This document shows positions 50,001-63,342 of a stretch of DNA of 64,000 nt, piece by piece. Position 1 is the stretch's first letter. Each line of letters opens with the position of its first letter. The notes below the pieces were generated by a model. It ran no database searches, was not told the origin of the DNA, and was given only the letters and a program-made list of their open reading frames with translations. The DNA comes from Trichoplax adhaerens (taxonomy: Eukaryota > Animalia > Placozoa), in NCBI RefSeq assembly GCF_000150275.1, contig NW_002060944.1, positions 7,306,756-7,370,755 on the forward strand, written 5' to 3'. A program made the position numbers and the translations under genes.

Positions 50001-53000
50001 AAGTTGTTAATATGATTCTTAGACGAATTATCAATATTTTTCTACATTAGATATAGACGAATGTGTAACAAATGCACATGGATGTCATAATAGATCTATA
50101 TGTATAAATAACATTGGATCTTATCAATGCCAATGCATAAGAGGATTTTCGGGTAACGGCACGCTTTGTAAAGGTAAGATTTTAATGTAATTTATTAACT
50201 TCCTTGTTACTCTATTACCTCGATTATATATATACAGTATATATATAGATATATATGTTTCTAATATGATTCTCAAATGAAATATCGATATTTTTCTGCA
50301 TCAGATATAGATGAATGTGTGGCAATTGAACATGGATGTCATAATAAATCTGTATGTATAAATAACGTTGGATCTTACCAATGCCGATGCATAAATGGAT
50401 TTTTGGGTAACGGTACGCTTTGTGAAGGTAAGATATTTACAGTAATCTATTAATTTAATTATTATTCTAATGATCGATCATTAATATGATTCTTAAATGA
50501 AACATCGATATCTTTCTGCATTAGATATAGACGAATGTGTGACAAATCAGCATAAATGTCATAATAGATCTATATGTATAAATAACATTGGATCTTACCA
50601 GTGCCAATGCATAAATGGATTTTCGGGTAGCGGCACCCTTTGCGAAGGTAAGATTTTATTGTACTCTATTAATTAGTTACTCATGTAGGCGAGTATCAAT
50701 TATAATTCTAAAGAAAATCATAATTTTAACAGTATCTAATTTTCGAAAGGTTCTAGTAACTGTTTTATTTGCTAACCAAGTAAAACAAATAAAAGTGACA
50801 GTTCACGGGCACATTAAAATCTTCTCAGCAATAAAACTTAAATTTCTCTAAAGTATTTGATGATGGCTTTCTTTTAGATATTGATGAATGTTTAGCAAAC
50901 CAACATAATTGTCATAGCCAGGCGAACTGTATCAATGGAATTGGCTCTTATGAGTGTTTTTGTAGGGTCGGATATACAGGAAATGGTACAATTTGTGAAG
51001 GTAATTTTAACTTAGTACCGTTATAGCTGAAACTTGAATTTATATAGATTTGATTAGCTCTGATATGATAATTTGCCTTTTTAGACGTCAATGAATGCAA
51101 AAATGGCAATCGTTGCCACCCCAATAGTACCTGTCATAATAATATTGGCTCATTTAATTGTTTATGTCTAACCGGTTTTAGTGGCAATGGCACACATTGT
51201 ACAGGTATATTCAGCAAAAATACAATTGTAATTTAGCAATAAATATAATATTGAACTTCATCTGCCTGCTAGATGTTGATGAATGTGCAACAAATCAGCA
51301 CCAATGTCATCAACAAGCTATTTGTAGCAATATTCTTGGTTCATATGAATGTAATTGTCGCTCTGGTTATATCGGTAGTGGCACAAGCTGTTCAGGTTAT
51401 TTAAATTCTTAGAAAGTATCAACATGTATATTTCCTCAGTTTAATAAGATATTTAAAAGTTTTAATAAGAATTATAATTTTATTGTATAAAACAAAACTC
51501 AGATATCAATGAATGCAATGGCTTACATAATTGCAGCAGTTTGGCAACCTGTTACAATACCGCTGGCTCTTATTATTGTACCTGTAATTATGGCTTGCAA
51601 GGTAACGGAATCTATTGTTTTCGGGAAGGTAAGCATCTTATCAATTTTATCGTGATTTAACTGAATAAAAATTTTCGGCGAACGACTCGACGTATAACCT
51701 AATGTTCTATGGTGACTCTATTATCTCAGGAACTAGACTATATCCATACGGGTTGCAATTTGGTGATCGCTCATTCGGTCGCACTGATCAGGGATCGCTT
51801 TATTTATACTTATCAGAACCAATTTATTTTGTCCAGACATCGTATCGAGGAATTTATGTATGTGCTACATGATATTAATGTATAAGCTAGCATAAAATAC
51901 TAATTTTAGGCAGATAAGGGTAGTCTATATTAAGCAACGTCAGCATGAGATCATTCTGTATTAGTTTGAGTGCCCCTAGAATTACCTACATATACTGCAA
52001 TAGCTGGAAAAATGAAATATTAGTCATTAAACAGATTTATACTAACCGTCAATGACTAAAGTTGTGGCTACGCTACAAGATTGTTTTCTTTACTATCTAA
52101 AACTAATCAGTCAATGGTGCCGTAAGTTTTCATTTAGATCCTTTTTCAGTGAGGTACAACATTAATTAAACTCGTCTAAGAGAGCTCTGCATGACATAGT
52201 TAACTTTTATGGTAATGCCGTTGCATTACGTGGTCCATTTTTCGAGCTCTTATCATGATTGAAAAAATTATAATTTATTTTCATTCACAAGATATCTGCC
52301 GATGGTCTCGTTTCGTTGGGATTTCCGTATCTTGGTTTTAGACCTAGAAGATTTCCAAGACCATTTAACCGAGCTATAATTGCGCCTTATTTTGCTGATT
52401 GTGATCTTCGAAGTCAAAGTTTATCTAGTGTTTATTATCAGCAGTATTTTAGCTATCAAAATACTCCAATAGCTAAAGAAATTATTAAAAATGCCACGAA
52501 TGATGTCCAACAATTTCAACAGATTGCAGCACAGAATCCCAATAATGCTATTTATGGTGTATTTCGTGAGGTAGTAAGTAACTTTTCAGCAACTCATGTA
52601 ATTGTTATCACTTGGTATAAAGTAGTTCCTTACCCTTTCTGGTATTATTGGCGTTATCCTCCTCGTAAGGTAGGTTAAATAGTCTTTGGCAGCTATCAGT
52701 ACGCATTTATAGCATTTTTGGATTATTAACACATCATTATTTAGAGCTAAAGGCTAATAATTATAATTAACCTTTGGTTTATAGCAATTCTTGTAGTACA
52801 AATGTTAATGAACGTATGATATGATAATGGTAAAACAGAATTAAACTAAATTCTAACCTAGACTTATTCTCTAATATCTCGAAAGCATTAACACACCAAT
52901 ACAGTATACACGTCTTTGCGAGAGGGAGTTTTATACTTGCTAATACCCTATGCATAGCGATTATGCTATTATATATTCTTAATTTCGATACTTAAAGTAA

Positions 53001-56000
53001 TACTACGATAGTATTAGACTGGTGATTGACCTTGGATTTGAAGCTATTTTCATTGCACACTAAAAATTATGTAATGTACCTATAATTAATGAAATACTAA
53101 ATAATCTTGAACTAATATTACAACTAATATTTTTTCTCATCAAAAACATCAAATAGTATAATACATTCCAATTAGTATTGATATCAAACGGAGAAAATCT
53201 TTTCGGCTTGTTTAACTATGAAGTCAATGGTTTTAACTGGTGGAAAAGAACCCCATGGATAAGAGCACGTGTCGGCTATTCTTATGGTGTAGCACCTTTT
53301 TATTACGAAATACCTTGGTCGCAAAGAAGAGATCAAAACCTTCTCAGAATTGATCAATATCGAGGCAATACTGGAGAAATTGGTAAATGGGCATTCCGAT
53401 TAGATGATCCCGATATTAAACATGTTAATTACGCTAGACGCTGTACTCGCTGGTATTATGCTCAAGCCTATTCTGTTTATTATCGACGAACATTGCCAGC
53501 CTGTCCATGTCGAGCAGCACAAGCAATTCTAGATCCTAGATTTATTTATAACCGAAGAACCGGTTGTGCTATATCTCGATTTTCCTTTCCAGGTTGGGGA
53601 TGGTGGTGGTTTTGGCCAAGGACATACTTCTACTTATGGTCGAGACCGCCAAGGGTGTGTGGCTATTTTATAGTTGAATACAAATTAGAAAATAGTAGTC
53701 CCTATATTTTCTTCAAACTTGGTTGTTTATTATTTTATAGGTCCAACAACGTTGCTGTTATTCTACTAATAGAAATACGGCAGGAGCATTAATACGTTCT
53801 TATCCAGGCGGTAGCTCGTTCACTTATGTAACTCGTTCACTTCGGCAAAACGATGAAGAAGCTTATAGTGCGTGTTGTAAATTGTCGCGATTATGTTATT
53901 TATATCGAATTAGAAGGCCAATCGACACATGCCGATTTTACAGGCCACCTCGTTGGTGTAAGTACATTTCGTTCTATTCATTTTTCCTTTCCTTGTTATG
54001 AGTTAGAAAAAATAGTAAGCTCTCATTAATATTGTATATCGGATAGATTTAAATGCTGGTATTTTGCTAATGTATTTCATATTATAGCATGGATGTGGGG
54101 TGATCCACACGTTGAAACATTAGATGGGAAAAAATACAGTTTCAATGGAGTTGGAGAATACACCCTAATACGGTCGGAAAATAATTATTTTACTTTTCAA
54201 GGACGTACAAAAAGACCTTTCATTGCTAATACTACCAAATTAGCTAAAGCAACTATTTACACATCTTTTGCAATGTCGAAAAATGATTCAGATACTGTTG
54301 AAGTCAAACTTAATGAAAACAGCAATACGATCGCGATCATTATTAATAAAAATTCTACCTACAATGATAGTCATTTAATGAATGGAACAGTGCTATCATT
54401 TAACAATATAGAGATATCGAAATCAAGCACAACTTACATTATTTCGTTTACATCGGGCATATCTGCAGAAATTCAGGCAGTAACAGAAACCTTGGTTGCA
54501 TCGATCGTAACATCATCATCATTATTAGGTATTACTAAAGGTCTACTAGGTACCTATAATGGCAATGTAACGGACGATTTCTTGCGCCCCGATGGAACTT
54601 ATCTGAGTATCAACGCAACAGATGAAGAAATTTATCATCAGTTTGGTCAATTGTGTAAGCAATATCTGTGATGAGCGTCCTATTTCTCATAATGCCGTAG
54701 TTGTTTATCTTTTTATACTAGATGTATCTAAAGATGCTCTACGTAAATATGCTTTACATTTATAATCATTTTGTGATGTTTAATATGATAATCTATGAGA
54801 AAAATTTTCATTATAAGCCTTCAGTAAAATAATTAAATACCAGAAATGTTTCCTATAGCAATGCTACACCTTATGCATTTTATGAGCGTTACATGCTAGT
54901 ATTTATTTATATACGAGTGCAGTAGAACAGTTGTTTTGTTCCACTCTAAGTCTATCAGTTATTTACTTTTATAGGGCAAATCGACGGAAACGCGTCGTTA
55001 TTTACTTATCCTCCTGGTAGGGGACCCGGTTACTACAGTGATCCGTCTTTTGTACCAAATTTCTCCAAGGATATCAATTCCTTATTTGAAAATAATACTC
55101 AACTCAGAGATGAAGCTGTCAAATCTTGTAACGGAGATGCTGCTTGTCTATTTGATGCGGCAGAAACTTTAAGTTTAGCTGTCGCTGTTGGGAGTAAGAA
55201 CGTTTCAGAAAGTATCGCGACTGCACAGAAAGATATAAGTAAGTAAACCAACTACAGCAATACCTTTCAATTCTGCTATTATTAGCAGAAATTAAACAAT
55301 TTTGCATATTAAATCGTGCATTTGAGGTCATTCATTTACTTGATCGGTAGATATATTTCCGCCAACAATAACTGGTGAAAGCATCTTTAATGTAACTTTT
55401 GGCCAAGTTTTTACTACAGTATTAAATATTTCTGATGGAAATAGCAATAAGATGTTGGAATTAAATGCTGCAAATTTACCTCCTGGTGCATCAATTGATA
55501 ATGAAACTTTTGTATTTACCTGGAATGTTACCACTTACAAGAATATTTCCTTTGAATTTACCGTCATTAACTCGCACAATTTATCTGCTATATTCAAACC
55601 AGCTATCTTCATGTGTTATTGTGCTAATAATGGAACCTGCCAATACGAGTAAGCTCTCTTTACCAATGTTGAATTTGATAAAATTGATTTTAGAATTGAT
55701 ACAACATATTGACCTCAGAAAATATCATATTAGTACAGTGTGATGGTTTGGGTGTATAGTAATCTGTATAGTTTCTCCTAGATTTGATTTTAAATTCTTC
55801 AGTCAATTCCTTCTATAATTTGTTATTTTAGTTCCGAATCAATAACTATAAATGATACTGGATATGCTGTCTGCCAATGTGCTTCAGGATGGGTCGGTTC
55901 GTTTTGTACTCAAGATTTAGATGAGTGTGCTGGCAATCCTTGTTATGAGAATGTTACTTGTACGCCAATGCAAGCACCAGCTACTGGTTATACATGTGGA

Positions 56001-59000
56001 CTATGTCCCGGTGGGCTGCAAGGCGACGGAGTTAAGTGTTATGGTAAGAGAAAATTTTAACACGCTACCTTGATATTTTTATATCAGTATCTGATTCATT
56101 TTTATAACCCTAATTTATAATTTATTGCTCAACTTATAAACAAATTAATGCGCAGAGCCATTTATTTTTACGCTTATATATGCCTAATTGTACGCTATAG
56201 CGGTCAATAACATTGTCTTTTGCTATGTCATGATTTTCGTATTCTCCTAGATGTTAACGAATGTGAAACAGGTGCAAGTTTATGTAACCAAACCTGCGTT
56301 AATACCGTTGGATGCTATTCATGTCTTTGCAATGCAGGATTTGAACTTGATGCAAACAAATTTGATTGCAAAGGTATCCCTAACTCAGTTTATTCTTAAA
56401 TTCGATCTTACATTACAGCTAGTATTTAAGAGAAAATTTAACTATTCTTGTCTTATGAATGTGAGAAATTGTCCACGATTATTTTTATAATATAGAATAC
56501 CGTCAGAGATGTTTTTAATAGGTTTAAAATATTTCAGATCTTTCACTATTTGATAAAGGATGCATACCGTACCTTATAGACTTGTTTTTAAGGGTCATTA
56601 AAGAATTTACTTAACATATACTGAAAAACATGCTCGGATTCGTTTTAGACATTGATGAATGTAGCATCATTCAGCCTTGCCATCAAATCTGTGTTAACAG
56701 TTTTGGGAGTTATAGTTGCGCTTGCAACCATGGATACAGCTTAAATAGCGATAACAGAACTTGTTCGCGTAAGTCACACTGTCGGCTAATAAAAGAATAC
56801 AACATTTAGATGTTGCATGTAACATGATAATCCGCTCAATACTGTTATATTGACAATGATTTGCCCTTAATTATTTTAATAGCTATTATATCATGTAGCT
56901 CCATTTCAAATAACTGTTCACAAACATGTGCAGTGATTAACAATAAAATAGCTTGCAGCTGCAACGAAGGATTTAATTTAGCTACTGATCAAGCTACCTG
57001 TCAAGGTATCAAATGACTAAATTATCATTTTAAATATGCATAGCTTACGCCCATTCCTAAGAATGATTTTGTTAATAATATTACTCACCCACAATTCTTA
57101 GGAATGAGCGTAACATATATATATATATATATAAATAATATACAATATGTATGTCTATAATTGGCTTATTTGTAATACAGATCAAGATGAATGCACTAGC
57201 AATCCTACTATCTGTGCTCATAATTGCACAAATACGGTAGGAAGTTATAAATGTAGCTGTAGAAATGGATATCAACTTCGTGCTGATGGAAGGACTTGCC
57301 AAGGTTATTATAAATTACAAATTATATACACCGTATATGAGTATATATATATCGGCTAAATTCTAAAACTGAGGATATTTCTTTCTTCTTATATCGGGTG
57401 ACGATATTCAATCGTAGACATTGATGAATGTACTAATATAACGACTTGTCCCCTCAACACCATTTGCACTAATACTCCTGGTTCATATGAGTGCCAGTGC
57501 GTTGATGGCTTTCAGTTTATTGGAACAGAATGCGAAGGTAATGAACAGCATGTGATTAACATTTAATTCATTCCCATTATTTTATCAGTCAATTGGTCAG
57601 ACGAAATTCTGCTTCTGGTTACGTCATATAAATATACAGTCTAGTGATTTCTTAATTGAATTTAGACATAGATGAATGTAGCCGTCCGGAGCTTAATGCA
57701 TGCAACCGCTATGCATCTTGTGTAAACTTTGCTGGTAGTTACAACTGTCTATGTAAAAGCGGTTTTGATGGAAATGGAATTGTTTGTACTGGTAAGCTTA
57801 TGGGAAAGAATAGTATTACAGCATTATTGACTTAAATGCTAGGTAGATCTACAGCAATATTAGTTTGCTAAGTAACAGCACCTGTATAATATTATTGCTT
57901 AGACATCAATGAATGCAATAACATTAACAACTGCTCAAGCAATGCTCAGTGCCAGAACGATATTGGTAGCTATCGCTGTATTTGCAGAAATGGATTTACT
58001 GGCAATGGATTTACTTGCACAGGTGATACTAATTCCGTTTAGATGATGGACTAAGGACTACATTCTAAGCTTTTTTGCTTGGCATTGCTATACTAATGCT
58101 AATGGCTGTATTTTGTTTAGATATCAACGAATGCGACAACTTATCAAGCTGTAGGAGAGAGGAGATCTGCTATAATACTCTTAGTAGTTATTATTGTGCA
58201 TGCAAGAAAGGATTTTATTTGGATTCCAATACGAATAGTACAACGCATTGTAAAGGTAGGAAAATTCACCGAAAAATTAATATTAGTACTTTACTAGCTG
58301 CAGTAGCATGGTATGTTAATAGTTAAAACAATATTACAGATACAAATATCGCAACTATTGCATGATGTTATTGATTTTTTCTTCGCTGGAAGCGCTTAAT
58401 TATGTTTTGTAAAGATATTACCATATACAAAAAGCTATAAATTAGCGTAACTATACACCCAATTAGATTTTATATCAACAGCTGCTTCATTGTAATCGTT
58501 AAGTAAAGATTTTAATAGATAAATATTACTATTTACATCTGTTATAAAATCTATAAGGTATGTACGTAGCTGGGCTTCTGTGGATATAAACCATAAACTA
58601 AAAACTAATTTTACGTTATCTTATGATTAGCTGGCCTATACTATGTTGGAGAAATTAAACTTAATGGTAGATTTACCTCTGATTTAAGCAATAAGGGTAG
58701 TCAGGCTTATTTATTATTAACCACTGAAACCGTTAATAAGGTAGAGCTGAGAATGAAAATTTATATCCGATGCTCTAATATTCTTTTAGCTTTAATGGTA
58801 TTCTATATTTCTTAAAGCTAAATGCAGCATTATTAGCGGATATTAGAACTCAATATACAGTTCGGCAATTGATCATTACCAACGTGAGGTTAGTTCCCTA
58901 TGGTCATAATTTTGCAAAGAGAGCGCTTTTGTTGATAGTACAATTGCATTAAACATCGTATTATCACCTGTATTTCTTATACTTAAAAAGGCCTGGAAGT

Positions 59001-61544
59001 ATAGTTATCGATTTTTCTATAACGCTGCTACCAAATGCTACATCAGTAACGGCTCAATTTCTGGATAGTGTTACCAATCGAAGTATCAAACAAATCGGCA
59101 ACTATCCGGTTGCGCTAATTACTTTTCAAGGTATTTCGTTCAATGATTAAAATTATAACATGATATTACCAATATCATAAGATTTCTATTTATTTAAAAT
59201 TTTAAGTGCTTTATGTATTTAGATACAGTATTTTACTTGCATATTCGTATACACTTGTATTTGAAATATCATGGGTGAATACGATATTTGTAAACTTTTC
59301 TTGCCCTTTTAAACAAGAATAATTACATTGTTCTAAGATTACGACATGTACCTTAAAAATTTTTTAATAAGTATTGTCAAGATGATAGCAATCAACTTAG
59401 ATAATGAAGTTTAATAAATAATAGTTTAATATTCCTATCGATTTTAATTTTATTTGTTTTATATAGCTTATTTGCATATAAAATATTATATATATTATAC
59501 GCATATATAGTTCTGGCTATGTTGTCTATAAATTCAAATAAGAATAATTAATCACATTTTGGCTACAGTGTGCATCTAAAAATCCTTATACTCTTATGGG
59601 TACGATAGATGATAATAAATAACTTAACCGGGAGATAACACTTTTAGAAAAAAAAAAATACCGTTGCTATACAGTATAATAAATGATTAACATACTATAA
59701 ATTTCATTGTTACGCAGAATACTGGTAAGATCTAAGATAGTTCAAATGAAAAACAGTTATATGATTCTGCTTTTCCCCATAGATTATGACCAATGCGCCG
59801 ATCCTCAAGCCAATTCTTGTTCCAAATTGCAAAATTGTACGAAAAAACCAGGGACATATGGGTGCACTTGTATTAATGGCTATCAACTAGACTTACAAAG
59901 CAACAATTGCCAAGGTAAGTTTAAAGGAGATCATATTGTGTATGCCTATTAGATCATTCCTGTAACACTATTGAATGAAAACGCTATTATTTATTCTATG
60001 CTTACTGTTATACACTATTTAGATATCGATGAATGCTTGGTTCCATCTAGATGTGCAAACAATAGTATTTGCATAAATGAACCAGGAGGATTTCAGTGCC
60101 AGTGCTTAGACGGATATAGTGGTAATGGCCTAACTGAATGTAGATGTAAGTCTTGCTCCAAATACATAGTTTAGTCAATACAAGATGATTCTAATGTGTA
60201 ATTCAATTAATGGTAGCAAATAAAGTAGCTTATTTCCACTACACTTCATATTTGATTTCAATTCCTTGATACTTGAATATAAATTTTACTAACGTAGAGG
60301 TGACATCATTAATTCTAAATTATAGCATTATGTTCAAGTAATCTATGTAAAAACGGTGGAACATGTTTTTACTCTAATGGCACCTCTCTTTGCAAGTTAG
60401 TTAATTATTTTAAGTTTGTTATCATCTCTACATTATTGCACTTTCTCCTCGCCATCATAACCTGAGATCGACTAATTATAGTAATCATGATGTGATCTAT
60501 TGACAGTTGTTCAGCCGGATTTGATGGCCAATATTGCGAAAGCACAAGTGTACTCAGTGAGTATTAATAAATCTTGCAATAATAAGCAAGATTTGTCCTT
60601 GTCTCCTAATATCAATTAAGAATATGAAGGAAATATTTTAAAATGGATGATCTAAAATGTGCTTTTACATTTTATTATGCATATGACTCTTCTATCAATT
60701 GAACAGCTATACCAACACTTGGAATTGCTTTCGGTATAGCTGGGGGAGTTTTGATATTGATTTTAACTCTAATCGGCGTATTTGTCTTTTATCATCGCAA
60801 TAAAAAGTATGTAGCCTATGTCTGATCAATAATAAGACTTATATTTTAGGTCGTATTGTATTTCTATTTTTTGATTAAATCACCTGTTGACATCCGGGTT
60901 TAGTTATAAGGTGATAAATGATAGAAGTACGGTAGTCTTTCTCGCTTTTGTAAATTTTAAATGTTAATTGCTTAGCAAGGGTAAGTAATATCATATGCGT
61001 AGAAACGTAGGAAAGAGATATATAGTTTAATTATTTGAACTTTTAACTAGTTTATTCGACAATAACGCATATTATGATCACACTAAATGTTACTACTGCC
61101 TATAAGTTTTAAGCGTCAAGGCGAGTTATCTTAACTGTGTTCCCTTTGTGAAATGCAGTATATTTTAAGGCTCGTATATCTGATAATTTATAAAAAGAAT
61201 TTACGAATTTTTGACAAAAATTTTTCAATAGGGCAAGAAGTAAAGCAGAATGTGGAAAAAATAGTGGCAATGCCTCAATTGCTTCCAGTGCTTCGAGTAA
61301 TAGTGATGTAGATGATCCAACCCAACATCATGGACAACACCAATCACAAAGAATTGAGAGTGTTATATCTTTATTTTCTGAGAAGCGCTATCGAAGTAGC
61401 TATTATCAAGGAATTAGATCAGACGAACAAAGTAGTACTGATAGGACAAAAAGAAAAGTTCCCAAAGCAGAGAATATAGATTTAGTAAAAAATTCAAAGA
61501 AAAAAGGTGTAAAGGAGAAGCTACAACGAGTGAACAGAAACTAA
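41068..61544 (+). CDS. Gene C: paralog of gene B (SP-PTS-15xEGF-NIDO-AMOP-VWD-Ig-like-10xEGF-SEA-3xEGF-TM-tail), about 52-53 coding exons, about 3,500 aa
   Basis: Signal exon 41068-41164 ([33 protein letters not shown]). Exon 41498-41563 ([22 protein letters not shown]) matches gene [23 protein letters not shown]. Then probable 42138-42212, 42769-43083, the repeat exons, 46791-47846 and 47977-48135. Most downstream exons match gene B in length and all match in phase. TAA at 61542-61544. Confidence 0.9.
42468..42627 (+). pseudogene. Frameshifted relic exon of the mucin cassette family inside gene C
   Basis: Acceptor ttttaag at 42467. DALASTIVP...IEDKPAIL is followed by a +1 shift to [15 protein letters not shown], which resembles the cassette end [14 protein letters not shown]. 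Length is 160 nt (3n+1) and the donor A|gttact is weak. Confidence 0.55.
43280..46506 (+). repeat. Gene C exon+intron tandem array: about 495-bp unit = 336-nt phase 1-1 exon (112 aa) + 158/159-nt intron
   Basis: Exons 43280-43603 (diverged 5' end), 43763-44098, 44257-44592, 44752-45054 (33-nt deletion), 45202-45537, 45697-46032 and 46192-46506 (diverged 3' end). One intron (45055-45201) is 147 nt. Confidence 0.95.
48249..51628 (+). CDS. Gene C N-terminal EGF array (15 EGF), including ten closely related 123-nt cbEGF exons
   Basis: Exon 48249-48392, then ten copies starting at 48512, 48731, 48953, 49165, 49384, 49603, 49823, 50051, 50305 and 50525. Exons 50878-51000, 51085-51204, 51273-51395 and 51503-51628 match gene B EGF4-7. 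Confidence 0.93.
51730..55648 (+). CDS. Gene C NIDO-AMOP-VWD(GDPH)-Ig-like block
   Basis: Exons 51730-51857, 52292-52669, 53157-53654, 53741-53957, 54088-54654 (WMWGDPH), 54975-55238 and 55351-55648. Lengths 128/378/498/217/567/264/298 are identical to gene B. Confidence 0.93.
55832..58255 (+). CDS. Gene C central EGF array (10 EGF)
   Basis: Exons 55832-56043, 56251-56373, 56649-56768, 56883-57005, 57181-57303, 57418-57537, 57666-57791, 57903-58022 and 58121-58255. Confidence 0.92.
58631..59130 (+). CDS. Gene C SEA domain with canonical G/SIVI cleavage motif
   Basis: Exons 58631-58740, 58818-58888 and 58991-59130 give [16 protein letters not shown]...[18 protein letters not shown]. Confidence 0.9.
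59783..61544 (+). CDS. Gene C juxtamembrane 3xEGF, TM helix and cytoplasmic tail
   Basis: Exons 59783-59914, 60023-60145, 60326-60395, 60507-60556, TM exon 60707-60806 ([29 protein letters not shown]) and tail exon 61232-61544. Confidence 0.87.
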
Positions 61545-63293
61545 GCGATACTAATAATAACATAAAAAAGGAATAACCCGTAAAAAACAGGATATCGCAG
61601 CAGAAGATACAAAATTTGGCAAAGAATCGATACCAACAGGTGTAGAGAAATAAAATTACAAAATATAAAGTGAAGCGGGAAGATAGCGCTGTAAATAAGG
61701 ATATATGAAGCGAGAAACAGCTTAAATTAACACTAGGTACTATAAAGTTAATTAGAAAAGAACTTGAGTAAAAATTAAGCTTAATTGGAAAGCAATATTG
61801 CGCCCTATAATAGTAAGATAATTTTGAATATTCAATGCTTTATTACATTATTTATTAATAAAATATGGTAGTGCGAGTAGGATACTTGATATTATAATAA
61901 CTAGAAATAAGACTGCACAGTGTTACGATAAAAATCAAGTTTAGTATACAGTAATATTCTATAAAGATAATATAGATAATTCAGAAAATCTCAATATAAT
62001 ACTATATTATTTGGTGGTATACTACAGCAATGCGAGTATTGTATTTGATATTCTTCGCTAATCATGGCTTAAAAGTTAAACAATATTATTAAAATAAAGT
62101 TTAGGTGACAATGTATTGTAATCGAATTGGTTTTGCAAGCTAATAAAATTAAAAAAATTAAAGTTACAATATTAACATTTTACCGCCTATTTTCTTAACT
62201 AATTGCAAATGAAAAATATATAAATCTCCATTTTATGCTGATTCGCTACTTCAAGCTTTGCATAAAGAATCTAATTACGCATGGCTTAAACATCAATATG
62301 TTGGCACTTCTAGATCACTAAGATAAACTGTAAGCATAAATAGAACACAAATTCAACTACGGTACAGTACACCCAGGTTACAAAAATGTTACTTATCACA
62401 CAGTTGTCGGACATTTATCTGTTTTTGTTATACGTCATGTGTACGTTGTATTTTGTTATCCTATATTAATTTCTAGAAGGAATGCTTTCAGTAAGCTTGA
62501 TGTACATCTTAAACTTTGTAAGCTATTAGCACTAGTCTAGGTGAAATTCTAATGAAAGACTTTATTATAATTATTATAATTTTATGTTTCTACATTAAAT
62601 GATTTGAGATGTGTCATAAAGGTTGACATAATCTCAACTTTTACGAATATTTATTGGATTTATTTATCCTCACTTATGAATTTGGAGTTTATAAGTATTT
62701 TTGGGGGCTAGATTCGGTTAATTTTATCATAAAACGTGAACATGACCGTACTACTATTCACTACATTTTCCTGCTTTTTGTATTAGTTACAATTTTGGAA
62801 CTATGATCTTACTATTACACAAATTTTTTTTAATATTATAATATATAAAATGATAAAGCTTTAAAGCGTACTGCAGCTAGTCATTATGATTTAATATGAT
62901 TATCAAAGCTAACTAGTTGTGTTAAGTTAGAAGTTATAGGAGGATATGCAGAAGATTTCAATTATTTCATTGATTAATTAATTATTAAACCTAACCACTC
63001 GGTGATAAATTTAAATTTGAATTACTGATAATATGGAAGTGTTCATAAGCCTTGGCCCACTATACAAATTTGCTAAGAGAATACTGTCCTATAAAATTTG
63101 CTACTTATTTTTATAGTTTGAACTGAAATATTTTAACCATTAAAAATAGTCAACAAATTTGAAGTAGGGCGTAGTTCATCGCCCGAAGTCACAATTGCGC
63201 ATTTTTCACATCGGTATGCTGGGGCTAATGGTAACCTCTACTATAGTATCGAATGCAGTATGCGTTAGTACAGCATAATTACCTGAATGCGAG

Positions 63294-63342
63294 CGCCGCG
63301 GGATTCAAATCAAAACGTATTCCGCTTTCCGTTGATTCAAAT
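63294..63342. promoter_or_regulatory. Possible E2F/CHR-like promoter element of a neighbouring gene
   Basis: cgccgcgggattcaaat and a second gattcaaat (TTTGAA on the - strand) lie in a locally GC-richer patch. Motif match only. Confidence 0.25.

Noticed and set aside
14014-61544. Assigning the symbols MUC4, FBN, NOTCH or SNED1
   Set aside because: There are no TB, LNR/ankyrin, sushi or FN3 domains. Orthology to vertebrate MUC4 cannot be shown without a phylogeny.
14014-61544. Genes B and C as two haplotypes mis-assembled in tandem across the gap
   Set aside because: Introns are unalignable, silent sites are heavily diverged and repeat content differs, so they are old paralogs.
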